DNA of 64,000 nucleotides from a virus, in the IMG/VR virus record IMGVR_UViG_3300022752_003639, positions 1-64,000 of that record; one strand, 5' to 3'. Below are positions 37,972 through 46,843 of the stretch, piece by piece. A program made the translations under genes and the position numbers. The notes beneath the pieces are model-generated. The model made no database searches. It was given only the letters and a program-made list of their open reading frames with translations, and was not told the DNA's origin. Each line of letters begins with the position of its first letter. The stretch's first letter is position 1.

Positions 37972-38319
37972 ATGGTCAACTTTATTTTGAATAGGCACAT
38001 AGAAAAACTACAACAATTTAATAGACAAAGAGGAGTATGGATTAGATTAAGTATATTAGTTGTTATAATTGTAAGTATAATATTGCTAGACTATTTTTTA
38101 AAAGATACTAGTCATTTTCATTACTTTTTAATAAGTTCGGGATTTATCATAGCAGTGATTTGGTGGTATTGGACAATGCAAGTTGTTAAAGAAATTATTA
38201 ACCATAAATATTACGAGACTGAATTACTTAAGATGCTAATTGCTGATATTAGAGATATTAAAAAATCAGTTCATCAAAACATGAGTATTGACAAACATAT
38301 AAAAGATACATATAATTAG
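37972..38319 (+). CDS. 2-TM membrane protein
   Basis: ATG after GGGAG; two hydrophobic helices. Confidence 0.7.
   Translation: MVNFILNRHIEKLQQFNRQRGVWIRLSILVVIIVSIILLDYFLKDTSHFHYFLISSGFIIAVIWWYWTMQVVKEIINHKYYETELLKMLIADIRDIKKSVHQNMSIDKHIKDTYN
38288..38316 (+). promoter_or_regulatory. Sigma70 promoter for queD
   Basis: TTGACA-17-TATAAT. Confidence 0.85.
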
Positions 38320-38324
38320 TACTC

Positions 38325-38393
38325 AGTGGACTTAGACATTCACCCCACTTTAAATATTCTGCATGTCATCAAACTTACTCAAGGAGGCAAGAG
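38325..38393 (+). ncRNA. Candidate structured 5' leader of queD (preQ1-II/III-like pseudoknot)
   Basis: P1 AGTGG/CCACT, loop ACTTA-GACAT, P2 GACAT/ATGTC; imperfect hairpin over the GGAGG SD. Confidence 0.45.
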
Positions 38394-38957
38394 ATGACAA
38401 GATCATCAACATTAGAACTAAAACAAAATTCTGAAACAAGCTTTTCAACATATTATCCTGTAACATACAAATATACCAGTACAAAAGAATATCATGACGC
38501 ATTTCCTTGTGCATATCGTCAATGGCGAGCTGACAGCCATTGTAATATGATACACGGTTATTCATTTTCTATGAAATTCTATTTTGGAACTAATGATTTA
38601 GATGTAAGGAACTGGGCTGCTGATTATGGCGGATTAAAAGAATTAAAAAAATTTTTAGAAGATAAATTCGATCATACATTACTGGTGGCACAAGATGATC
38701 CGGAATTTCAAACATTTAAATTACTTCAGGAGAAAAAATTAGCGAAACTTACAATATTACCTAAATTAGGTTGCGAAAGTCTAGCAGACATGCTTTACAA
38801 GTATGTCAACGCTGTTTATATTCCTGATATGTGGGGTCCAGGCGAAGCAGACAGACTATGGTGTTATCGTGTGGAAGTAAGAGAAACTCAGGCTAACATG
38901 GCTTTTAGAGAAGGTCATAGAGAATGGAATGAGGATTTATTTGCAGGCTTTGAATGA
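38394..38957 (+). CDS. queD: 6-carboxytetrahydropterin synthase (QueD/PTPS family)
   Basis: SHCNMIHGY, DYGGLKELK, FDHTLL, GCESLA, VRET. Confidence 0.88.
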   Translation: MTRSSTLELKQNSETSFSTYYPVTYKYTSTKEYHDAFPCAYRQWRADSHCNMIHGYSFSMKFYFGTNDLDVRNWAADYGGLKELKKFLEDKFDHTLLVAQDDPEFQTFKLLQEKKLAKLTILPKLGCESLADMLYKYVNAVYIPDMWGPGEADRLWCYRVEVRETQANMAFREGHREWNEDLFAGFE

Positions 38958-39133
38958 AGGATTTTATTTTCTCATTAATAGGTGCAGTAATACTCGTAAT
39001 CCTTGGATGTGTTATAGGATTTTGGCTGAATATTGTAATTACACCAGATCTGCCTAATGGTTTTTACGAGTGCAGAGATTGCAGTGATAAATCATGGGCA
39101 GATACAGAACGTTGGTGGCGTAAAACAAAATAA
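38954..39133 (+). CDS. 59 aa TM protein; not in ORF track
   Basis: ATGA-coupled to queD; N-terminal TM, CRDC. Confidence 0.6.
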   Translation: MKDFIFSLIGAVILVILGCVIGFWLNIVITPDLPNGFYECRDCSDKSWADTERWWRKTK

Positions 39134-39143
39134 TTAGGCAAAT

Positions 39144-40325
39144 ATGAAAAATGTAGCAGTAATTGGAGCAGGAATAGCAGGAATAACCGCTGCTTATTAT
39201 TTGACACAAGCAGGTTACAATGTTAAAGTTTATGAAAAAGAATCTTATCCTGCTATGGAATGTAGTTATGCAAATGGCGGGCAAATCTCTGTAAGTAATA
39301 GCCAAACATGGAATACTTGGTCAAATGTCTATAAGGGTATTAAATGGTTGGCTCGTAAAGATGCTCCGCTTTTATTAAGACCTAGTTTAGATTGGGATAA
39401 AGCCAAATGGCTAGCTAAGTTTTTATATCATACAGCAAATAATGAATTCGCTAGAAATACAATTAAAACAATTACACTAGGATTAGAATCACGTAAATTG
39501 TATAGTGAGATCGAAAAAGAAGAAAATATAAAATATGATCGGTTGAACAAGGGTATTTTACATATCTATAAAAATGCAAATTATTTCAATGAAGCCATGA
39601 TGTTACAAGAACTTTATGCCCACAATGGGTGCGAATGGCAAATTATTAACGATTATAGTAAATTACTTAAAATTGAACCCGCACTTGAAAAATTTGATAA
39701 CCTAGTTGGAGGTATATATACGCCTAGCGATTATACCGGAGATATTCATAAATTTTGTTTCGAATTATACAAAAAATTAGAAGAAAAATATGATGTTAAA
39801 TTTTTCTTTAATACTGAAATACTATCTATTGAAAAATTATTAGATTACGATCATATCATCATAGCCAACGGCAGTCATGCTAGACATACCAGTAAAATGC
39901 TAGGTGATAATTTACCTATCTATCCAGTAAAAGGCTATAGTATAACAATTAAGTTAGATACTTTGAGCTCATCAGAATCTGCTCCATTCGTAAGCCTTTT
40001 AGACGACGAATCTAAAATAGTAACCAGCAGACTGGGTAATCATCTCAGGGTAGCGGGTACAGCAGAAATAATAGGTGATAATTGGGACATAAGGCAAGAT
40101 AGAATCAATCCACTATTGAAATGGGTTAACAATAATTTTCCTGATATTTCAACAAGATATTACAAACCTTGGGCTTGTCTTAGACCCATGACCCCTAACA
40201 TGCTGCCTATTGTAAAACAAGGTAAAAATCCTAAGATATTTTATCATGTAGGCCATGGCCATTTAGGATGGACATTAGCCAGTGCTACTGCTAAAGAATT
40301 AGTAAGAATTGTTAAAGGAACATAA
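39144..40325 (+). CDS. dadA: D-amino acid dehydrogenase-like FAD oxidoreductase
   Basis: [43 protein letters not shown]. Confidence 0.85.
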   Translation: MKNVAVIGAGIAGITAAYYLTQAGYNVKVYEKESYPAMECSYANGGQISVSNSQTWNTWSNVYKGIKWLARKDAPLLLRPSLDWDKAKWLAKFLYHTANNEFARNTIKTITLGLESRKLYSEIEKEENIKYDRLNKGILHIYKNANYFNEAMMLQELYAHNGCEWQIINDYSKLLKIEPALEKFDNLVGGIYTPSDYTGDIHKFCFELYKKLEEKYDVKFFFNTEILSIEKLLDYDHIIIANGSHARHTSKMLGDNLPIYPVKGYSITIKLDTLSSSESAPFVSLLDDESKIVTSRLGNHLRVAGTAEIIGDNWDIRQDRINPLLKWVNNNFPDISTRYYKPWACLRPMTPNMLPIVKQGKNPKIFYHVGHGHLGWTLASATAKELVRIVKGT

Positions 40326-41257
40326 TGAAAAAAATATTAGTAACAGGTGGAGCAGGTTTTTTAGGTAGCCATTTATGTGAATATCTTTTAAAAAAAGGTA
40401 ATCACGTATTGTGTGTAGATAATTATTTTACTGGAAGTATACAAAATATCCAGCACTTATTACCTAATCCCTATTTTGAATTTTTAAGACAAGATATCTG
40501 TTTTCCATTGTATGTAGAAGTAGATGAAATCTATAACTTGGCCTGCCCTGCTAGTCCTAAGTATTATCAGCTAGATCCTATACAGACCATGAAGACCAGC
40601 ATATTAGGTGCTTACAATATGTTGGGATTGGCCAAACGCACAGGTGCGAAAATTTTACAAGCCAGTACTAGTGAAGTCTATGGTGATCCTCAAATTCACC
40701 CACAGACAGAAGATTATTGGGGCAATGTTAACCCTATTGGGACTCGTGCTTGTTATGATGAAGGCAAACGTTCAGCAGAAACTCTGTTTATGGACTATAG
40801 ACGCAAACATCACGTGGATACAAAAATTGTTAGAATTTTTAATACATACGGACCAAGAGTTGGTATTGACGACGGCCGTGTGATCAGTAATTTCATAGTA
40901 CAAGCGTTAAGAGGAGAAGATATTACCATATATGGTAACGGTAACCAGACCAGGAGCTTTTGTTATGTAGATGATCTAATACGTGGCATGGTATCTATGA
41001 TGGACACCGATTTTTATACCTGCGGGCCGATAAATTTAGGTAACCCCGGTGAATTTACAATACTGGAATTAGCCAAGATTATTTTAGAAAAGACTCATAG
41101 TGTAAGCAAAATAGTATATAAAAAACTACCGGATGACGATCCATTGCAACGTAGACCAAATATAGACATGGCCAAAAAGATATTAAAATGGGAACCTAGT
41201 ATTGATTTAGGTACAGGATTATCATATACCATTGACTATTTTAAATATAGACTGTAA
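40325..41257 (+). CDS. UDP-glucuronate decarboxylase (UDP-xylose synthase type)
   Basis: [49 protein letters not shown]. Confidence 0.93.
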   Translation: MKKILVTGGAGFLGSHLCEYLLKKGNHVLCVDNYFTGSIQNIQHLLPNPYFEFLRQDICFPLYVEVDEIYNLACPASPKYYQLDPIQTMKTSILGAYNMLGLAKRTGAKILQASTSEVYGDPQIHPQTEDYWGNVNPIGTRACYDEGKRSAETLFMDYRRKHHVDTKIVRIFNTYGPRVGIDDGRVISNFIVQALRGEDITIYGNGNQTRSFCYVDDLIRGMVSMMDTDFYTCGPINLGNPGEFTILELAKIILEKTHSVSKIVYKKLPDDDPLQRRPNIDMAKKILKWEPSIDLGTGLSYTIDYFKYRL

Positions 41258-41280
41258 AATAGACTTATAGATGAGAAAAT

Positions 41281-41469
41281 ATGAATAATTTAAATTATAA
41301 ATGGACATTGGAAGTACAAGAAGACCCTCAAACAGGTGATGCTATGATTCAATTTCCTCCAGATTTTTTAGCTAAAACTGGGTGGAATGAGGGAGACACC
41401 ATAAAATGGCAGGATAACGGAGATGGTTCTTGGACATTGGAAAAAAGTATCAGCACAAAATCAGAGTGA
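41281..41469 (+). CDS. AbrB/MazE-like small DNA-binding protein
   Basis: IQFPPDFLAKTGWNEGDTIKW. Confidence 0.65.
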   Translation: MNNLNYKWTLEVQEDPQTGDAMIQFPPDFLAKTGWNEGDTIKWQDNGDGSWTLEKSISTKSE

Positions 41470-41648
41470 ACTGGTCCGACGATCAGGGAAATATCTGGTG
41501 GAATGAAACCTGTGCCATGGTCCTTGAAGTATTCGGACTACCCGGCGATAAGTTCATTTATAAGCCAGAGTATGATTACATGCTATTTGAGTTCGAAGAT
41601 GAGCATGATGCCTTCATGTGTAAACTATTACTAAGTGATAGAATTTGA
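41430..41648 (+). CDS. Hypothetical protein
   Basis: ORF in run. Confidence 0.65.
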   Translation: MDIGKKYQHKIRVNWSDDQGNIWWNETCAMVLEVFGLPGDKFIYKPEYDYMLFEFEDEHDAFMCKLLLSDRI

Positions 41649-41940
41649 TATGTCAGATAATGTTTTATGCAAAGACTGTATTCATGGATTTTTTAGATGG
41701 CAAGATTATCCCATGGCATGGTTTGATAAATCCAGTTATTTGTATTGTAAAAAAGCATATACAGAAGCGACCGAAGAACACGATCCTGTAGTAGGTATAA
41801 GGTACGAACCAGGAAGATATAGGTCAGCAAGATTTGAAAGATTAAAAATTTTTCAAGATGAAACTAGATGTGGGCCGGAAGGAAAATTTTGGTCACCTAA
41901 AAATAAAAAAGATTTATTTGTCTTATTAAAGAGAACATGA
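41635..41940 (+). CDS. Hypothetical Cys-containing protein
   Basis: CKDC...C...C pattern. Confidence 0.6.
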   Translation: MIEFDMSDNVLCKDCIHGFFRWQDYPMAWFDKSSYLYCKKAYTEATEEHDPVVGIRYEPGRYRSARFERLKIFQDETRCGPEGKFWSPKNKKDLFVLLKRT

Positions 41941-42131
41941 TGAATAACGATGATATAAAAAACCGTATGAAAGAACTAATGGGGCCCATAGATCGTCAAA
42001 TAATGATGTGCGATGATAGAAACGAACTTATAATGTTAGCTAGCTGTTTAATGATTACCTGTAAAGATTTACTAGATCAAGAAATAGGTACACGAGGAAG
42101 AAAATTAATGTTCGAGGATTTTTCAAAATGA
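41937..42131 (+). CDS. Hypothetical protein
   Basis: Coupled ORF. Confidence 0.65.
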   Translation: MMNNDDIKNRMKELMGPIDRQIMMCDDRNELIMLASCLMITCKDLLDQEIGTRGRKLMFEDFSK

Positions 42132-42325
42132 AAACTGAAAAAATTATTAGACAAACTGAAGATTTTCGTTTAATTTTAAAAAAAACTTTGTGCGACTCCC
42201 CTAAAAATCTATATCATATAGAATTAGAGGGGCAGCAAATTAGAGACAAAACTTTTACCAGTACCTATAGTTTCTTCTTGACCAAAGAAGAAATAGTGTT
42301 ATTGACTCAGCACCTTGCAGACTGA
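42128..42325 (+). CDS. Hypothetical protein
   Basis: Coupled ORF. Confidence 0.6.
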   Translation: MKTEKIIRQTEDFRLILKKTLCDSPKNLYHIELEGQQIRDKTFTSTYSFFLTKEEIVLLTQHLAD

Positions 42326-42327
42326 AT

Positions 42328-43287
42328 ATGCAAATTATACCGCTAAAAGGAGGAAGTTTAAGTTCAACTAATCATCATAAAGATAATAATTTTGAATTTG
42401 TAAGGAAAACCATTAATCTTTCATCGTCTAGAGAATACGGGTATGTAAGATGGTATTCTCAGTTAAAAAAGTTGCAGAGATTTACGACAATGTGGCCAAA
42501 TCTTGTCCCTAAAGTTTTAAGCGTTGGAGTAGAAAATGGCAACGCTTATTTTGATTTAGAATTTTTACAGGGATATACAGACATAAAAACTATTTTTTCA
42601 AGAGATCATATATCAGATAATCTCATTTTAAAAATTAATAATTCACTTTGGCAAGCATTTAATAAAATTCATGCAAATAAGTTAATTGCAAACAAAGGAG
42701 CAACTTTTCTTTACTTTCAAGAAGAAATATTTCAAAAAATTTTAGATGCAAGAAAAAATGAAGGATTTAACAATTTTCTTAAACATAATTCATATTTTTA
42801 TAATGGTCAAAAAGTTCCTAATATTGTAAATGAGCTGCATGTATTAGAAAAATATTTTTCATCTATAGATTTAGAATATGAAAACTTTATTCATGGCAAT
42901 CCCACACTTGAAAACACCATGTATTCAATAGATGAAGACAAAATAAAATTTATAGATTTATATGAAGAAAGTATAATAGATAGTAAGTTTTTAGACTATA
43001 GTCAGGTATTACAATGTTCTAGAAGCTTTTATGGATTTATTAATGATAGAGAAGTCAATATCAATGGTAACTCAGTATTTTATAACCAAGTAGTTCCAAA
43101 AAATTATTTGAAATTTACAGAATGTTTTCTTAATAATATTAATAAAAAAGATTTAACATTTATAGATATTTTAGAAGCTAGTCAATTTATAAGAATGTTG
43201 CCATTTAAATGTTATGCAGGAGAAATAGACAAGGCTAAATATTTCTTCGTACATGCTTGTTACCTATTTAATAAGATTTTTAAATGA
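42328..43287 (+). CDS. APH/choline-kinase-like phosphotransferase
   Basis: KGGSLS loop, VRK lysine, HGNPTLEN catalytic loop (Asn for Asp), FIDL. Confidence 0.7.
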   Translation: MQIIPLKGGSLSSTNHHKDNNFEFVRKTINLSSSREYGYVRWYSQLKKLQRFTTMWPNLVPKVLSVGVENGNAYFDLEFLQGYTDIKTIFSRDHISDNLILKINNSLWQAFNKIHANKLIANKGATFLYFQEEIFQKILDARKNEGFNNFLKHNSYFYNGQKVPNIVNELHVLEKYFSSIDLEYENFIHGNPTLENTMYSIDEDKIKFIDLYEESIIDSKFLDYSQVLQCSRSFYGFINDREVNINGNSVFYNQVVPKNYLKFTECFLNNINKKDLTFIDILEASQFIRMLPFKCYAGEIDKAKYFFVHACYLFNKIFK

Positions 43288-44378
43288 ATACTTGGAATAT
43301 AAATTGCCAATTAGAACAAGAATTTTCGATAATAGAAACATATGATCTTACTAATAATAATTTTTTAAAAAACCATATAGATTTTAATAAAAGACAAATT
43401 ATTATTGTAGATAAAAAAATTAGTTTATTATATTCCGACTTTCTTGATATATTTCCAGATGCTGTAATACTAAAACTTCAAATCGAAGAAACTCAAAAAA
43501 ATTTGCAAAGTATTGAAAAGATTATTAATTTTTTCAACCATAATAATCTTTTAAGAAGAGAAGAAGTAATTGCAATAGGAGGAGGAGTGTTATTGGATTT
43601 GGTAGGATTTGCATGTAGTATATATAGAAGAGGAATTCCGTATATAAAAATTCCTACTACTTTACTTGCCTACGTAGATGCAAGTATAGGTACTAAGGTT
43701 GGAATTAATTACTTAGGTAAAAGAAATAGATTGGGTAGCTATTATCCCCCTTCTAAAGTCTTATTAGACAAAAAGTTCTTCAAAACTCAAGAAGAAAAAC
43801 AGATTATAAATGGAATTGGTGAAATTTTAAAACTCGCTATTATTAGCAATTTAAAATTATTCGAACTTATTGAACAAGGTAATAATATCGTTTCAAACTC
43901 ATTACAAAATAGCGATGAAATATTATTTCAATCTATAGATACCATGGTTAACGAACTACAAAACAATCTGTATGAAAGAAACTTAAAACGACCAGTAGAT
44001 TTTGGACATACATTTAGTCCTATGATTGAAATGAAAAATCTACCTTCTATGTTACATGGTGAAGCAGTAATGTTAGATTGCTTTTTTTCCTGTTGCTTAA
44101 GTTATTATAAAAACTTTATAACCAAACAAGACCTAAATCGTATATACAATTGTATAAGAAAATACAAACTGCCAACTTTTCATTCGGATTTCGCAGACAT
44201 AAATTTAATTCTAATGTCACTAGAAGAGACAACACTACATAGAGACGGTTATCAAAATATTCCTTTACCAAAAACTTTAGGAAAGAATATCATTACTAAT
44301 GGTGTCACTTCAGACGACTTAAAAAAAACCATTGAAATATTCTTAGAATATGAAAACAGCATTAATCACAGGAACTAG
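43284..44378 (+). CDS. Sedoheptulose 7-phosphate cyclase, 2-epi-5-epi-valiolone synthase-like (DHQS superfamily)
   Basis: GGGVLLD, YRRG, PTTLLAYVDA, MVNELQNNLYE..L.R.VDFGHTFSP, LHGEAV. Confidence 0.8.
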   Translation: MNTWNINCQLEQEFSIIETYDLTNNNFLKNHIDFNKRQIIIVDKKISLLYSDFLDIFPDAVILKLQIEETQKNLQSIEKIINFFNHNNLLRREEVIAIGGGVLLDLVGFACSIYRRGIPYIKIPTTLLAYVDASIGTKVGINYLGKRNRLGSYYPPSKVLLDKKFFKTQEEKQIINGIGEILKLAIISNLKLFELIEQGNNIVSNSLQNSDEILFQSIDTMVNELQNNLYERNLKRPVDFGHTFSPMIEMKNLPSMLHGEAVMLDCFFSCCLSYYKNFITKQDLNRIYNCIRKYKLPTFHSDFADINLILMSLEETTLHRDGYQNIPLPKTLGKNIITNGVTSDDLKKTIEIFLEYENSINHRN

Positions 44379-45021
44379 TCAAGGACTGGGCAAGGATATA
44401 GCCCAATACTTTTTACAAAATAACTTTAAGGTGATAGGACTTTCTAGAACTGTTGGCAATATTGAACATAAAAACTTTATTCATATTCCAATAGACTTGT
44501 CATGCCATGATCAGTTAGCTAAGTTGTTCAATAACTTTCCTTATCAGGTAGATTTGGTTATACATAATGCAGCAAGATTTAAACAGTCAACACTAGAAAA
44601 TCTGTCCATAGAAGAAATTTGTAATATATTAAATGTCAATATCAAATCACCTGTAATACTTACTAAACTACTTTTACCCTATATAAGTAAAAACAGTCAT
44701 ATTATCTTTATAAACAGTGTAGCAGGACTCTATAATTTAGATAATCAGTCAGTGTATTGTGCAAGTAAACACGCTCTTACATCTTTTGCCAAGATCATTG
44801 GTAAAGAATTAAGAAAAGATAAAATAAAAGTATTCAGTATTCATCCAGGAGGAATTAATACACCGTTGTGGAACGAATCTAATCCATACCCTCTTGGTGA
44901 TCATAACAAAGCATTATCAAAAACCGAAATCGTAAAAATAATAGATTTAATATTAAATTTAAATGATAATACATATGTTAGTAATATTGAAGTGTTTCCT
45001 ACAATAGAATGGCACGGATAA
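44350..45021 (+). CDS. Short-chain dehydrogenase/reductase
   Basis: TGTSQGLG, HNAA, YCASK, HPG. Confidence 0.92.
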   Translation: MKTALITGTSQGLGKDIAQYFLQNNFKVIGLSRTVGNIEHKNFIHIPIDLSCHDQLAKLFNNFPYQVDLVIHNAARFKQSTLENLSIEEICNILNVNIKSPVILTKLLLPYISKNSHIIFINSVAGLYNLDNQSVYCASKHALTSFAKIIGKELRKDKIKVFSIHPGGINTPLWNESNPYPLGDHNKALSKTEIVKIIDLILNLNDNTYVSNIEVFPTIEWHG

Positions 45022-45033
45022 TACCATTTGTAC

Positions 45034-45062
45034 TTGTAAAATATGAAAAATAATGCTATAAT
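45034..45062 (+). promoter_or_regulatory. Sigma70 promoter for uvsE
   Basis: TTGTAA-17-TATAAT with TG upstream of -10. Confidence 0.6.
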
Positions 45063-45081
45063 AATATAAATCGGAGATAAC

Positions 45082-46110
45082 ATGACAAAAAAAATTGGTT
45101 TTGCGTGTAAGTGGATTGATAGGCCTGATCAAGTAAACGGAATTAAGGCTAAAGACGACTGTAAAAAATATAATACAGGCACGACTACCGTAGCTTGGTT
45201 AAATAGACAAAGTAAAGATGTTGCTGAAAAAAAACTGTGGGATCTACTTAAAAACAATATTGAATCTACACGTTTATTAGTTGAAAGGGTTGGGAAATTA
45301 AATGAAAAACTTCGTATGGTACGTCTTAGCAGTGACATTCTCCCTGTTTATACTGAACCAAGTTGGAGCTATTTCTATAGAGATAACACCGTTCGCCAGT
45401 ATCTTGAACGCCATTTTCTCACTATTGGGGATATTGCTCGTAGGGATAATATTCGCTTGTCTTTTCATCCTGGCCAGTATACTGTGCTTGCTTCTGATAA
45501 TCCAGAAATTGTTAATAGGTCAATAGAGGAATTTGAATATCATGTGGATATGGCCCGTTGGATGGGATACGGTAAGAAATTTCAAGACTTTAAAATCAAT
45601 GTCCACATCGCGGGTCGCGCCGGTCCCCAAGGCATTAGAAACGTCTTTTCAAGATTGTCTCCAGAAGCACGTAACACAATTACCATCGAAAATGAAGAAA
45701 TAAAGTACGGCCTAGCTGATTGTTTAGAATTAGCAGATATCTTGCCTATTGTACTAGATGTACATCATTTTTGGGTTAGAGAAGGAGAGTATATTCAACC
45801 AGAAGATCCTCTTGTTTACAAAGTATTAGAAAGTTGGCGAGGAGAAAGGCCTGTTCTTCATTACAGTATAAGTAGAGAAGATGTATTGGTAGGACACGAT
45901 CCGGGCGGAGCTCCTTTTATGGAATCAATACTAAGACGAGGTATAACAAAACAAAAATTACGTGCTCACAGTGATTTTTTCTGGAATCACACAGTGAATA
46001 GATATGTTCTTAGATTCGCTGATCAATTCGATATCATGTGCGAAAGTAAAGGTAAAAATATTGCCAGTTTTGCCTTGTTTGAGTTTGCCGAAACCAATGG
46101 CTTAATTTAA
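45082..46110 (+). CDS. uvsE: UV-damage endonuclease (UVDE)
   Basis: GFACK, RLSSD, RLSFHPGQY, IENEE, LDVHH, HSD, CESKGK. Confidence 0.92.
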   Translation: MTKKIGFACKWIDRPDQVNGIKAKDDCKKYNTGTTTVAWLNRQSKDVAEKKLWDLLKNNIESTRLLVERVGKLNEKLRMVRLSSDILPVYTEPSWSYFYRDNTVRQYLERHFLTIGDIARRDNIRLSFHPGQYTVLASDNPEIVNRSIEEFEYHVDMARWMGYGKKFQDFKINVHIAGRAGPQGIRNVFSRLSPEARNTITIENEEIKYGLADCLELADILPIVLDVHHFWVREGEYIQPEDPLVYKVLESWRGERPVLHYSISREDVLVGHDPGGAPFMESILRRGITKQKLRAHSDFFWNHTVNRYVLRFADQFDIMCESKGKNIASFALFEFAETNGLI

Positions 46111-46503
46111 TTATTGAGCCTTTTTCGTCCTGCCACGAGTTTTCTTAACCACAGTTTCCTCGACTTTAGTCTTGGCTCTTTTAGCTGCTACTCTAGCATC
46201 TGAAAGAGTCACTTTACCATCACCGTCTAAATCTGCAAGTTTTTTAGCTCTGCCTCTAGTCTTTTTAACAGTTTCTTCTACTTTTGTGGCGATTTGTTTG
46301 GCTTCTTCTTCCGCTTTGGACGTTAAAGCCTTTACGTCAGATAAATTTACCTTTCCGTCCTTGTTTACGTCCATTGTATTAGGTATAACTTCTCCGGCTT
46401 TGTTAATTAAACTTGAAGTTGCTTCTTGTATTTTTGGATTTTTGTTATAAAACCACCAAACTGCTCCTGCAACAATACCTACTATTAAAATAATAATTTC
46501 CAT
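46111..46503 (-). CDS. TM-anchored protein with two EF-hand-like loops
   Basis: N-terminal TM; DVNKDGKVNLSD and DLDGDGKVTLSD; repeated KKTRGR. Confidence 0.75.
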   Translation of the reverse strand: MEIIILIVGIVAGAVWWFYNKNPKIQEATSSLINKAGEVIPNTMDVNKDGKVNLSDVKALTSKAEEEAKQIATKVEETVKKTRGRAKKLADLDGDGKVTLSDARVAAKRAKTKVEETVVKKTRGRTKKAQ

Positions 46504-46569
46504 AAAATAAATCCTTTAAGGTTGATTATATATTTAACCAATAAATACATTGTTATTTAGGAGAATGAG

Positions 46570-46773
46570 ATGTCCGAGCAATACGAAAACTTTGAGGACT
46601 ATGATGAAATGGAAGATGGAGATTTTGGGTTTATTATCAGTGCCAATGGACAATTAAAATCTATAATGTTTCCTGAAGATCTATTTGACGAACCACCTAG
46701 ACAAGTTAAACGTATTTGTAAAATCTTCGGCATAAAAGATCTAAATCAATTAGAACCAAGGACTCTACACTAA
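46570..46773 (+). CDS. Small acidic hypothetical protein
   Basis: AGGAG SD. Confidence 0.7.
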   Translation: MSEQYENFEDYDEMEDGDFGFIISANGQLKSIMFPEDLFDEPPRQVKRICKIFGIKDLNQLEPRTLH

Positions 46774-46843
46774 TAAAAAAGTAAATTAGCCCTAATCATG
46801 ATTTTATTTTATTCAAATAAATAGTTTATCCAATAACTATATT

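Noticed and set aside
41281-41648. AbrB/MazE-like gene plus neighbour as a toxin-antitoxin pair
   Set aside because: Downstream ORF shows no PIN, MazF or RelE features
43284-44378. Ordinary aroB
   Set aside because: Motifs closer to sedoheptulose-7-P cyclases and no shikimate genes nearby; not fully excluded without an assay
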